64,000 nt of DNA. It comes from an uncultured archaeon (GTDB lineage: Archaea; Thermoproteota; EX4484-205; JAAOZP01). The notes beneath the pieces were generated by a model. The model saw only the letters and a program-made list of their open reading frames with translations. It searched no databases and was not told where the DNA came from. This document shows, one piece after another, positions 29,352 to 38,824 of this stretch. Position 1 is the stretch's first letter. Every line of letters begins with the position of its first letter. Location of the stretch: the NCBI GenBank assembly GCA_938045545.1, contig CALIBN010000029.1, forward strand, positions 8,077 to 72,076, written 5' to 3'. A program made the position numbers and the translations under genes.

Positions 29352-30538
29352 ATGTTCGCCAAATATAAAAAGTCCGAAGAGCAGTTATACAAAAAATCCA
29401 GCTCAAGCGTGCATTATGAATCATAGAAAGTTTAGGATTGCTTTAATGCTGCTCATTCTACTCGTGCGTTAAGTAATCATGAAATACTACATCTCGAGCA
29501 CGGAGTGTTGCAGAAGCTCATAGAAGAAGGCATAGAAAGAGCGGGATGTAAGGCTAAGTTAAAAGATGAGGTAGGTTTATCTCAATCTGCCCTATACTGC
29601 ATACTGATGAAGAAAGGGATACCATAACTGTTGGTCACATTAAAGACTTGCTGGATTTTCTGGAGGTGCCCTATGAGAGTATAGATCTAAACATCGTCGG
29701 AATTGGCGGTCCTTCCAATTCAATAAAATACCCGCATCTTCCGTTTACTTTGATACGTATGAGGGTGTCACGTTAATCGCAGCCGCCTTAAAAGGTGGCT
29801 GTATTTCAAAAACGGGTCGCTACTTAAGGTATGCAAATAAAGATAGAGGGAGCCTAGAAAGGGTAAAAAAAGCTGTTAAGAGGGTATTCGGTCACGTAGA
29901 ACCGTACGAAACAACGGGAGGGTCCCTAATAACGATAACGTATCACTCCACCCTAATGGAAAAGGCTTTAGAAGAAGCTGGCGTTACGCCCGGTAAGAAA
30001 GCCGAACAGGAATATCATGTGCCTGAATTTATCAGAGAAGGCGATGAGGTAGTGCAGAAAGCATACCTATATCAGACCCTGATGGATGAGGGAACGTGGG
30101 AAGTATCAAAATATGGCGAGGTATATAGCATAAAGTATCTCCAAGCAGTATCCATTGATAAAGAACTTACCGAAGATGACAGAGTTCCTTTAGAAGTTAG
30201 AGGGGGAAGAACGCGAGTTACCTCACCCTAGAAAGGAAGAGACGTACCACATCCACTGCATTGTTATTAATGATGAACTGGAGATGAAAATAGAGAAAGA
30301 AGCTCCCAATTTATGGAGGGTAATAAGGCAATCTAAACCGCCCAATATGGAAGAGGAGAAAGAAATGTTTGAAAAGTTATTCGAAATAGATGTTAGACTT
30401 AGGCCTTTTATGCTCTACTACACAGAAGGACGTGGCTATCGAGTATCTTGAATATTAAGAATCAGTAGTAAAGAACAATGCCGTAGGGTTGTAGAGGGAC
30501 TCGGTCTTCCTTTGCATAAACATGAAGATGGAGAATAG
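29352..30538 (+). pseudogene. Decayed HTH plus double LAGLIDADG (DOD) endonuclease-like gene
   Basis: Manual translation across stops and frameshifts: HTH-like KLKDEVGLSQSALY; LIAAALKGGCIS...YANKD...RVFG; GKK...VPEFI...YLYQTLMDEG; ILRISSKEQCRRVVEGLG. Region is more AT-rich than its flanks. Confidence 0.65.
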
Positions 30539-30593
30539 CTATCCTTATTGAGATGAAGATTTTTAAAGTAGTCTTTCGACATGTCAGTGAAGT

Positions 30594-31229
30594 TTGACGG
30601 TAAAGGCGGTAATACTGGACTATGATGGAACTCTCGCGGACACAGTGGACCTTCTCTCCGAAGCGTGGTCCAGGGCGGCTAGCCTCATAGGGATAAGGGT
30701 CGACCCCAAGGATGTTGAGAGGTACGTTGGGCTCGCAGGGCCGGAGATATCTCTTAAAATAGCCGGAGGGGACGAGGCTAGGGCTGCAGAGCTGATGAGG
30801 CTTAAAGACGAGATATACGACTCTGAATACGCGGGGAGAATGAGGCTCTTCGAGGACGTTGGGCCTTCTTTAAGCATGCTTAGGGATAGGGGGCTTAAGA
30901 TAGCGGTTGCAAGCTCCCAGACTTCAAGGAGGCTTAAGAAATATCTTTCCCTCCTGGGGATTTTGAAGATGTTCGACGTGCTCGTAGGCTCAGACACTGT
31001 GGCGAGGAGGAAACCGGCTCCGGACGTTTTCCTGAAGGCCGCTGAACTCTTGGGAGTTAAGCCCATCGAATGCTTCGCGGTTGGGGACACTTGTTTTGAT
31101 TGCGAGTCAGCTAAGAACGCCGGGATGCGCTTCATACTCGTTTCAAGGAGGGGCACTGAGTGCGAGAAAGCGGAGTTCACGGTGAAAAGCCTTAGCGAGG
31201 CCGTTTCGGTAATATTAAGCACCTCATAG
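30594..31229 (+). CDS. HAD-superfamily phosphatase (beta-PGM/Gph-like)
   Basis: LDYDGTLAD, ASS, KPAPD, VGDT..D. Confidence 0.9.
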   Translation: MTVKAVILDYDGTLADTVDLLSEAWSRAASLIGIRVDPKDVERYVGLAGPEISLKIAGGDEARAAELMRLKDEIYDSEYAGRMRLFEDVGPSLSMLRDRGLKIAVASSQTSRRLKKYLSLLGILKMFDVLVGSDTVARRKPAPDVFLKAAELLGVKPIECFAVGDTCFDCESAKNAGMRFILVSRRGTECEKAEFTVKSLSEAVSVILSTS

Positions 31230-31246
31230 CCCTGTCTTAGACGGGC

Positions 31247-31642
31247 TCACCATGATTCAACTATTAGGCCTGGAACCCTTTCAAAGTGATCCTTGTCGGC
31301 GGTCAATATGGGTTCGTTATGAGTTAAGGCTAGGCTCGCTATGATGGCATCAAGGTCGCCGATCGGCGTTCCCGCGCGTTCAAGATCATTTACAAGCTTC
31401 CCATATCTTTCACAGGAGCCAATTGAGAAATCCAACATTTCTAGTAGCGCAAGCATGTCCCTGACTTTTCTAACCTCTGCATCTCTCTTCCTAGACCTGT
31501 AAGCCCCTTTAAACAATTCACACGCTGTTATGGGAGTAGTGGACAGCCTTGTCCCGCTATCTACATATTCCTCAAGCTTCCTCTCCGCCCTTGGATCGCG
31601 TCTTAAAAGGGCGATTATGAAACTCGTGTCCAAGCAAACCAT
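31247..31642 (-). CDS. vapC: VapC toxin (PIN domain)
   Basis: LDTSFII, TACEL, DLDAIIA, LTADKDHF. Confidence 0.9.
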   Translation of the reverse strand: MVCLDTSFIIALLRRDPRAERKLEEYVDSGTRLSTTPITACELFKGAYRSRKRDAEVRKVRDMLALLEMLDFSIGSCERYGKLVNDLERAGTPIGDLDAIIASLALTHNEPILTADKDHFERVPGLIVESW

Positions 31643-31651
31643 TGGATACAC

Positions 31652-31882
31652 CTACAATCCGGGTGTTCTTAATCTGACTCTCCTCCTCTCCTTGACCACA
31701 TCCTCCATTATCTCGGCGAACTCCTCGTCAGGCTCAAGCGACCTAATGTAATCTAAGAGGGTGCTCTTCGTCCTCCTCTTAGCTAGCCTTAGTATCACGT
31801 CAGTGAACGATTCTTTGCCACGTTTAAGACTGGCCAATGCTCTGTATGCCTCCTCTGAGATCGTGATAGTCTTATGTCCCAC
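31652..31882 (-). CDS. vapB: VapB-type antitoxin (DUF217/UPF0330-like)
   Basis: KTITISEEAY..L...K...ESFTDVILRL, directly upstream of the PIN gene. Confidence 0.85.
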   Translation of the reverse strand: MGHKTITISEEAYRALASLKRGKESFTDVILRLAKRRTKSTLLDYIRSLEPDEEFAEIMEDVVKERRRVRLRTPGL

Positions 31883-31890
31883 ACAAATGC

Positions 31891-31906
31891 ATACACATAC
31901 GTGTAT
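31891..31906. promoter_or_regulatory. Palindromic putative antitoxin operator
   Basis: ATACAC-ATAC-GTGTAT inverted repeat between the TATA box (TTTAAATA on minus strand) and the vapB start. Confidence 0.5.
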
Positions 31907-32036
31907 TTAAATTTTATTCCTTAGACAACTACTCATAAACCACTACCACTTAGCGCGCGCTAACATGTCTCGCTTTCCCTCACTGTAGTTCCACTTTCAC
32001 GTAAGTTTTAAAAGGTTTTATGTTAAAGTTCCATAG

Positions 32037-32975
32037 ATGCTTCCGGCGAACGTCAAGACTTTACTCGAAAAGCAGCAGTACCGGATCATCGGCAGGCACT
32101 CCGCAGTCAAGATATGTTATTGGACAAAGGAAAGGCTAACGCACGGGAGGGCTTGCTATAAGGAGCTATGGTACGGCAACGTACAAAGTCATAGATGTAT
32201 GCAGATGACCCCTCTGCTTGGTTGTAACTATCGTTGTACCTACTGTTGGCGGCTCCATTCCGGGGACAGGCCCGGTTATGTTTGGCAGGAGTATCCTGCT
32301 AGTGTTTCTGAGCTGGATGAGCCGGCTTATATAGTTGAAGAAGCCGTTAGGATGAGGAGGCTCCTACTCATAGGTTATAAGGCAAACCCAATGGTCGACC
32401 CCAAGCTCTTCGAGGAAGCCCTTAAACCATCCATGGTGACTTTCAGCCTGACGGGTGAGCCGACACTATACCCTAGGCTGGGCGAGCTGATAGGCGAGGC
32501 CCGCAAAAGGGGCATGGTGACCTATCTTGTGACTAACGGCAGCATGCCGGAGGTCTTGGAAAGCTTAAACCCGCTTCCGGACCAGCTTTACGTCAGCATC
32601 CAGGCTTCTAACGAGGCGGTTTTCAAAAGGGTTGCGAGACCATTGGTTAAAGATGCTTGGCGAAGGTTGTTAAGGTCGTTGGAGTTGCTACCCAGCTTTA
32701 AGGGTGTTAAACGCTTGCTTCGGATAACAATGGTTAAGGGTGTTAACGATAGTGATGCAGATGGTTACGCTAGGCTGATAAGCGTCGCTAACCCTGATTA
32801 TGTTGAAGTCAAGGCTTACGAGTGGGTTGGGGAAAGCCAGTCGAGGCTTCCTAAGGATGCAATGCCATGGATGAGCGACGTGGCTTCTTTTTCCGAGAAA
32901 ATAGCCAAGTCGTCAGGATACTTGAAAAGGGGGGAGTTCGAGCCGAGTGGAGTAGTGCTGCTCTCCAAAACGTGA
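32037..32975 (+). CDS. taw1: 4-demethylwyosine synthase (radical SAM TYW1)
   Basis: HSAVKICYW, CYKELWYG..SHRCMQMTP, CNYRCTYCWR, SLTGEPT, YVEVKAY. Confidence 0.92.
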   Translation: MLPANVKTLLEKQQYRIIGRHSAVKICYWTKERLTHGRACYKELWYGNVQSHRCMQMTPLLGCNYRCTYCWRLHSGDRPGYVWQEYPASVSELDEPAYIVEEAVRMRRLLLIGYKANPMVDPKLFEEALKPSMVTFSLTGEPTLYPRLGELIGEARKRGMVTYLVTNGSMPEVLESLNPLPDQLYVSIQASNEAVFKRVARPLVKDAWRRLLRSLELLPSFKGVKRLLRITMVKGVNDSDADGYARLISVANPDYVEVKAYEWVGESQSRLPKDAMPWMSDVASFSEKIAKSSGYLKRGEFEPSGVVLLSKT

Positions 32976-32976
32976 T

Positions 32977-33038
32977 TTATCACTCTCCACAACTGAAATC
33001 GGAGGCTTCCGGTTCGTCGCCCCTGGGTTTACATGAGG
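32977..33038 (-). mobile_element. Solo degenerate right end/omega-RNA remnant of the IS200/IS605 element
   Basis: Minus strand reads GGGCGACGAACCGGAAGCCTCCGATTTCAGTTGTGGAGAGT. It shares GGGCGACGAACCGG exactly with the copy at 38760, with variants at 2750 and 63670. Confidence 0.6.
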
Positions 33039-33044
33039 CTATGT

Positions 33045-33377
33045 TTAGCGGCTGCATTCCCAGCAGAACTCTCTGTCCACATTGGTCCAGAAACTCTTGC
33101 CGCATTTCTTACATACGACCTTCCTCAAACCTTTTGACCAAGATCTCTCAGTTTTTCTGAAACCCTGGTGTCGCGGAAACTCTATTGCCTTCTTAGGGCA
33201 AAGCAGCATGCATGCTACACAGCCCTCGACACAGTTCTGCGGATTTGCCACCATCGCCTTATTGTCCACTAGTGTGAAAACATTGTGGGGGCAGAACTCT
33301 ATGCATTTCGGCCTATCTAGCTCCCGACAACCGTCGCAACGATCTGGGTAAACAGTGGGGTACCAGGTTATGGTCAT
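33045..33377 (-). CDS. Ferredoxin-like 2[4Fe-4S] protein with C-terminal zinc ribbon
   Basis: CDGC......CIEFCP, CVEGCVACMLLCP, CKKC...CWEC; likely start ATG 33377. Confidence 0.8.
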   Translation of the reverse strand: MTITWYPTVYPDRCDGCRELDRPKCIEFCPHNVFTLVDNKAMVANPQNCVEGCVACMLLCPKKAIEFPRHQGFRKTERSWSKGLRKVVCKKCGKSFWTNVDREFCWECSR

Positions 33378-33415
33378 CGGTAATTGGTCGACGCTTTCGC
33401 TTAAAAATTTTATAC

Positions 33416-36400
33416 CTATTTCTCCTTCCTGCTGTACGTCCACCGCTCTGAAACAGTGATCTTCAAAAGTTCGTCACGCAGCTCGTAAAGCATTGACTTC
33501 ATCAACGCTTTATGCTCCACATAGGCATACGAGCTCCTCTCAATATTCTTAACAATCAACTCGACATTGTAGAAATCTCTGTCAGGAACATATTTAATCT
33601 CTACATCGTAATCCGCTATCCTTTCAGAAAGGCCAGAAACCGCCTTATAGCTTAAGTTCAATTTCACCCCATCCTCCCCTTTTCCATGCGAGTGGATTAT
33701 AATGCCGTAGAGAGAGTAGGAATGGGATTGCGCCATATCTATGATGAGCGAGGAGAACTGCTCCAAATGCTCCTTCTTCAGCCGAATAGGGGTTGACGCT
33801 CTTTTAGAACCATCCTTCTCTGTTTTAATGTCAATTCCTCCTCTGACCAGCATTATTTTACTCGGGACTATTTTAAGAATGGCTTCTTTCGCGGGGAATG
33901 CTGAGCCGATGCCCGTAACCAGAATGGCGATTATGAAAACCAGGAGCAGTGGTGTTAGGCTGTAGAGCTCCGTAAATATTTCCGGGCTGCTAGCGCCTAT
34001 CGAATACGCCCAAGCATAGCCTAGAACATACCCTAAGCAGCCTCCCATCACCCCTATTATCAAGCCTTCGGTCAAAAATAAGTGGGTTATGAAGCTTGGA
34101 GATGCTCCCAAGCTGGACATTATTACTGACTCCTTTCTCCGCTCATATATCGAGTTTAGCATCGCGTTTAGAATGATGAGAGAACCTATCAGTATCATCA
34201 TGAGAACAGACTCCCAGCTGCCTAAAGCCATTAGGAGCGGTGCTCCAAGCTGAATGGTCTCAAGCTGTAAGCCTTTATTTATGGTTGCTGAATAAGAGGA
34301 GACAACGTCGATAGAGATGCCTGATCCTCCGGTTGTTATGGCGCGGCTGAGCCAGTTTTTATGGGATGAGACTAGGGTCTTTAAATAGTTCTCTATTGCA
34401 ACCAAGTTGGCAACAGGATAAGTCGCGATCACGGCTACGACTCGTTTAAAAGCAGGAAGGTTTCTCACAGCCTCAATATCTACCAATCCGACCACTGGGC
34501 TTGATATAATAAGCATCCTATTCCCCTCCGTCAAAAGGTTATCTTTTGTTAATCTGGATGGAGTTTGTACAGCATCCCAGTTAAGTGCTCCTATGAAGAT
34601 CGGTCTGCTCCAAAGATAACTCTCCAACTCTTCTCCGCTTGGCATTTGTAGAGTAGATTTGTCGAATACTCCTGTGACATTCAAGTTTAAACCCATCACA
34701 TTTAACTGGCTTGGAAAATACTGTTTTTGGAAAGACTCCTTGTCAATTAGAATACCGTTTTTAAAATCTCCTGAAAAGTTTAATCCCAGATGATTTTTCA
34801 TAAAGGTGAGGTTTGCAAATATTATTAAGCCTCCTAGCTCTTGGCTATCCGACTCCACCGGGATGGTGATGTTTAATCCTCCCGGCCCGGTTAGGTTTAA
34901 CTGGCTCGAGGAAGATCCTGTTTGCAAAAACTCTAGTTCGCAGAAAGCTATGCAGATTGGCGTGTATTCCGCCATCCCAAGTTTCTCTGCGTAGAAAGCA
35001 GCCTCTTCAAGGCTCATTAAAAACAGACCGTTGTACTTTTCTTCAAAAGTGCCTGCAGGAGTTGATATCACTACTCTTGCCAGCCAGGATTTTGAGAAAA
35101 AGATTGCTCCCTCTTCATCCCGGGTTTCTTGAATCGAGATGGCGAGTGGCACGACGGTTTTCAGAGTTATGGCTGGGACAGTTGCCATCGCTATTGTAGT
35201 AACGGTAAGTATTACTAGTGCGCCTCTAAGCCTTCTACTTTTAAGCATTCTAACCGCGGTTGATGCGGCTAGGCTGTAAATCGTGGCTGTTCCAGAGTAC
35301 TTGAACATCAGCCGTGCTGTCAAAAGTAAAAGGATAATGCTTACGAGGGCTGAGGCGACTGGAAGCAGTAGGAATGGTATTCCGTGTGTGAAGTTCGATA
35401 TGGACCAGAGATTTATCAATGGTTTCGGTTTCGTTGAGAAGAGTATTAGTCTTAAACCCGGATGGAATTCGAAAGCCAACAGCGAGAAGAGCGTGAAGAG
35501 AATGATAGTCAGTTTCCCGCTTCCGTTAAATATTAGGTGTGAAACAACTGCTCCCGCTATCAGAATAATTGTCAGCACGATAGGGACAATTAGCATTCCT
35601 GATGATAAGACTAGCATGCCGATACTGCTGCCAGCTTCACAGACAAGATTAATAGCTGCTTCAAGCGGGAAAATATTTTTGTTCTCCAGTTCCTCAATAT
35701 CGGTTGGCTGAATATCGTTTAAATATGACCTTGCCTGTTGAAGCTTTGCAGATATGTCTGGAGCATAAATCCTTGTTTCACTCAGAAACTCGCTGGCAGC
35801 TTTAATCAGGCTGTCGGTCGAGTTGAAAAGTGCTATGTAGATTTCTGGGCCGATTCTAAGGTTTTCCTCACGTAGGTTCAGGTCCATTTCAAACGGAAAG
35901 GTTAGCCGTGTCGGAGTGGATTCAAGTGTGTGAAGTTCAACCAAGTATCTGCCTGAAAGCTTTAAGCTATCCATGTTACTACGTGCTATTAGAAAGAGGC
36001 TTCCATTCCCAAAATAACTTATGTGAGTACCTGCATACTCGTCGAATACGATTCTAGCATTAAGCCTTTGAAAAGGCGACACATCAACAATATAAAGGTT
36101 CGCTAGGCCGGCCCTTAAAACTAGGTTGATGCTGATTATCCTACCCGTATTATTCACCCTGTACCATAATGTGGAATCGACATCGGGTTCCAGTCTATAC
36201 GTGCTACTCAAGCCAAGCTGATCAATATAGTAAATATAGTTCTTGCCATCAAACTTTACGTTCCAATTCCGAACCGTCCCATAGTAATCCGTCAAAACCG
36301 CTAACCTGTTTAACTGGAGACAAGAATCAGTATACAGCCGGATGGCATTAATCAGATAACGCTGATACTGCTGTATGCGTGAATCCAAACTTATTTCCTG

Positions 36401-36631
36401 TTGTTGAGTTACGCTGCCTGATTGATTCGTGCTCCATGAAAAACGAAATAACCCTATCCACATTGTGAAATTAACAGGTTTTTGCGGGGCTTGGTCGAAA
36501 AACACCTCGGTGTTTAGAACAACCGTGTAATTCACGTAGCTTACTTGAGCTGAAAGAGGCCTTTCAGAAATAAATATAATGACAGCGAGTAAGAGACTTA
36601 GAAGAGTTGTTAGCAGTTGCCGTTTAACCAT
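33416..36631 (-). CDS. Large FtsX/MacB-type permease-domain membrane protein
   Basis: Signal peptide, large extracellular domain, TM block, LNSIYERRKESVIMSSLGASP FtsX motif; C-terminal half paralogous to 49958-54535. Confidence 0.8.
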   Translation of the reverse strand: MVKRQLLTTLLSLLLAVIIFISERPLSAQVSYVNYTVVLNTEVFFDQAPQKPVNFTMWIGLFRFSWSTNQSGSVTQQQEISLDSRIQQYQRYLINAIRLYTDSCLQLNRLAVLTDYYGTVRNWNVKFDGKNYIYYIDQLGLSSTYRLEPDVDSTLWYRVNNTGRIISINLVLRAGLANLYIVDVSPFQRLNARIVFDEYAGTHISYFGNGSLFLIARSNMDSLKLSGRYLVELHTLESTPTRLTFPFEMDLNLREENLRIGPEIYIALFNSTDSLIKAASEFLSETRIYAPDISAKLQQARSYLNDIQPTDIEELENKNIFPLEAAINLVCEAGSSIGMLVLSSGMLIVPIVLTIILIAGAVVSHLIFNGSGKLTIILFTLFSLLAFEFHPGLRLILFSTKPKPLINLWSISNFTHGIPFLLLPVASALVSIILLLLTARLMFKYSGTATIYSLAASTAVRMLKSRRLRGALVILTVTTIAMATVPAITLKTVVPLAISIQETRDEEGAIFFSKSWLARVVISTPAGTFEEKYNGLFLMSLEEAAFYAEKLGMAEYTPICIAFCELEFLQTGSSSSQLNLTGPGGLNITIPVESDSQELGGLIIFANLTFMKNHLGLNFSGDFKNGILIDKESFQKQYFPSQLNVMGLNLNVTGVFDKSTLQMPSGEELESYLWSRPIFIGALNWDAVQTPSRLTKDNLLTEGNRMLIISSPVVGLVDIEAVRNLPAFKRVVAVIATYPVANLVAIENYLKTLVSSHKNWLSRAITTGGSGISIDVVSSYSATINKGLQLETIQLGAPLLMALGSWESVLMMILIGSLIILNAMLNSIYERRKESVIMSSLGASPSFITHLFLTEGLIIGVMGGCLGYVLGYAWAYSIGASSPEIFTELYSLTPLLLVFIIAILVTGIGSAFPAKEAILKIVPSKIMLVRGGIDIKTEKDGSKRASTPIRLKKEHLEQFSSLIIDMAQSHSYSLYGIIIHSHGKGEDGVKLNLSYKAVSGLSERIADYDVEIKYVPDRDFYNVELIVKNIERSSYAYVEHKALMKSMLYELRDELLKITVSERWTYSRKEK

Positions 36632-36789
36632 CTGGAAATTGCTATTAACGCGCGTCTCTTATAAGTTTTAAGAAGTCTTTGAAAATAGACTCAGCTTCAA
36701 AGCGTGCATCACAAGCATCCTTGGTCTCAATAAAGATTTTTAAAAAATTGGAAATTGTTTAAAAACAATAAGTTTTGAGGGAACAGGGC

Positions 36790-36906
36790 CTACTTGAAGC
36801 AGAGCCTTACGTGACGGTACTCCCTAGCGGGAAGGTCTGCGCGAAGATCCTTCGCAACCTCCTCCCAGTCAATCTTCTTCTCACCGTTCCTTTTCCTCCA
36901 AGCCAT
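36790..36906 (-). CDS. Small 38-aa hypothetical protein (absent from the ORF track)
   Basis: MAWRKRNGEKKIDWEEVAKDLRADLPAREYRHVRLCFK*; GGAGGTGA SD 7 nt upstream and TTTAAATA TATA near 36945. Confidence 0.55.
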   Translation of the reverse strand: MAWRKRNGEKKIDWEEVAKDLRADLPAREYRHVRLCFK

Positions 36907-37169
36907 CTTTCTTTCACCTCCAATCATGCCAAGGAAGGGTGAATATTTAAAGCCGGCTCGCATATCAAGCTTACAACCCGTATACCAGCATAGTAATCAC
37001 ATTACGTGACTTCATTTCAGATTCTATGTGTCAGAAGTATGTTTTTCAAGCCGTTATTACTTATTGGCTGAATAAAGCTGGAAAGATGAATGGCTAGAGG
37101 CCAAGGAATAGCCAGGTTGAGTACTCTGAAGTTATGCTTATATTATACTTAAACATCATTAAACGTTAA

Positions 37170-37886
37170 GTGATGGTTAAGCTGCTCGAATCCGTTTCGA
37201 AGATGATTGACCACTCGCTTCTCCACCCTACTCTCACAGATGAGGATCTTAAGGCAGGATGCTTGGTGGCTAAAGAATATAATGTTGCAGCAGTATGCAT
37301 TAAGCCCTACGCGGTTAGGCTTGCGAAAGAAATGCTTTCAGGGTCAACCGTGGCTGTTTGCACCGTTGTCGGTTTTCCGCATGGCGGTAGCACTACTGAA
37401 ATAAAGGTGAAAGAAACTGAGAAGGCTTGCGAAGACGGTGCTACTGAAATAGATTTCGTCGTAAACATAGGGAAGGTTTTAAGCGGAGACTGGGATTATG
37501 TTTCGAGGGAGATTAAAGCGGTTAACGATACTGCTGTTGAAAGAGGCGCTATTGTAAAAGTGATTTTTGAAAATGATTATCTCACGGATGATTACAAGAT
37601 ACAGTTGTGCCATGTTTGCAATAAGCATCGCGTAGCATTCGTTAAAACATCAACGGGATATGGTTTTGTTAGGCAACCCGACGGGACATACATGTATAGG
37701 GGTGCTGTCGACAGCGATATTATCCTGATGCGTAGAGAATGCATCCCGGAGATACAGATAAAGGCTGCTGGCCGCATCCGTACGCTTGACGACCTGCTAA
37801 GGCTTAAAGCGCTGGGCGCGACGAGAATAGGGACTTCCTCTACGGTAAAGATATTGGAAGAGGCGAGGAAAAGAGGTTACTGTTGA
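37170..37886 (+). CDS. deoC: Deoxyribose-phosphate aldolase
   Basis: IDHSLL, VVGFPHG, GATEIDFVVN, KVIFE, FVKTSTG, IKAAG. Confidence 0.9.
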   Translation: MMVKLLESVSKMIDHSLLHPTLTDEDLKAGCLVAKEYNVAAVCIKPYAVRLAKEMLSGSTVAVCTVVGFPHGGSTTEIKVKETEKACEDGATEIDFVVNIGKVLSGDWDYVSREIKAVNDTAVERGAIVKVIFENDYLTDDYKIQLCHVCNKHRVAFVKTSTGYGFVRQPDGTYMYRGAVDSDIILMRRECIPEIQIKAAGRIRTLDDLLRLKALGATRIGTSSTVKILEEARKRGYC

Positions 37887-37981
37887 AAAGCGTTGTGAAA
37901 ACGCTGAGGGCTTTCGGGCTTCCTTTTCATCCCGGCATGCTAGGCATAATTTTTTTAAAACAGGAACTGTCGAAATCCTTC

Positions 37982-38824
37982 GTGAAAATCAACTACCATA
38001 TTCACACCACGTTTAGCGACGGCTCCTCCCGGATGTCGGATTACTGCGAGGCCGCGGCTCGCAAAGGCTTTGAGGAAATAGCTTTCACCGATCATTTAAC
38101 TGTCTTCCCAGACGGTTCTTCATCGTCCAGCTCTTTAGACCGGCTTAGGCTTGAAAACTATGTTAAGGAGGCAAGAATGGTTTCCGAAAAGTATGGAGAC
38201 AGGTTGACGGTGAGGCTGGGGCTGGAAGTTGATTATATCCCTGGAAACGAGAAGTTTTTAGAGGATATGTTGGGCAGTTACGACTTCGACTTTCTAATGG
38301 GCAGCGTGCACTTCGTTGGAGGAATCTGCATTGATTCCCCCCGTCATAGGATGCTGATGGAAAAGGAAATAGGTAAGAATGGTTTCAACAAGTTTTACTC
38401 CGCCTATATGCGTCTAGTCGGTAAAGCCGTAGAAACAGGTCTTTTCAACGTCGTCGGTCACATCGACATAGTTAGGATATGGGGGTTCACTCCTAGCAAT
38501 GGTTTTCTCGACGAGCAGAACGTGTTAAGACTTGTTAAACAGCATGGAATGTGTATTGAGGTTTCTTCAAGAGGGTTGAGGCAGCCCGTTAACTCAATAT
38601 ATCCTTCGCAGAGAATCATGAGGAAGGCCAGTGAACTAGAAATACCTTTGACAGTGGGTACTGATGCACATTCTGTTGAAGAAATAGACTATGCTTATGA
38701 TTCTCTAATAAATTATGTAAAGGCATTTGGCTATGATAGTGTAGCTGCCATAAGCAAGCTTGACATCCCCCACGCTAGGGGTTCCCGGTTCGTCGCCCTT
38801 GTGAGCTCATCCTACCGGGTTTAG
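37982..38824 (+). CDS. PHP-family histidinol-phosphatase (HisJ/HisK-like); C-terminus altered by the IS insertion
   Basis: NYHIHT, FTDH, GLEVDY, GSVH, GHID, GTDAH; the last ~21 aa are read from the IS right end starting at 38760. Confidence 0.85.
   Translation: MKINYHIHTTFSDGSSRMSDYCEAAARKGFEEIAFTDHLTVFPDGSSSSSSLDRLRLENYVKEARMVSEKYGDRLTVRLGLEVDYIPGNEKFLEDMLGSYDFDFLMGSVHFVGGICIDSPRHRMLMEKEIGKNGFNKFYSAYMRLVGKAVETGLFNVVGHIDIVRIWGFTPSNGFLDEQNVLRLVKQHGMCIEVSSRGLRQPVNSIYPSQRIMRKASELEIPLTVGTDAHSVEEIDYAYDSLINYVKAFGYDSVAAISKLDIPHARGSRFVALVSSSYRV

Noticed and set aside
30620-31222. 200-aa antisense ORF, plus similar shadow ORFs (2110-2613, 18116-18631, 25261-25857, 56291-56803)
   Set aside because: Each overlaps a well-supported gene on the opposite strand and has no recognisable motif
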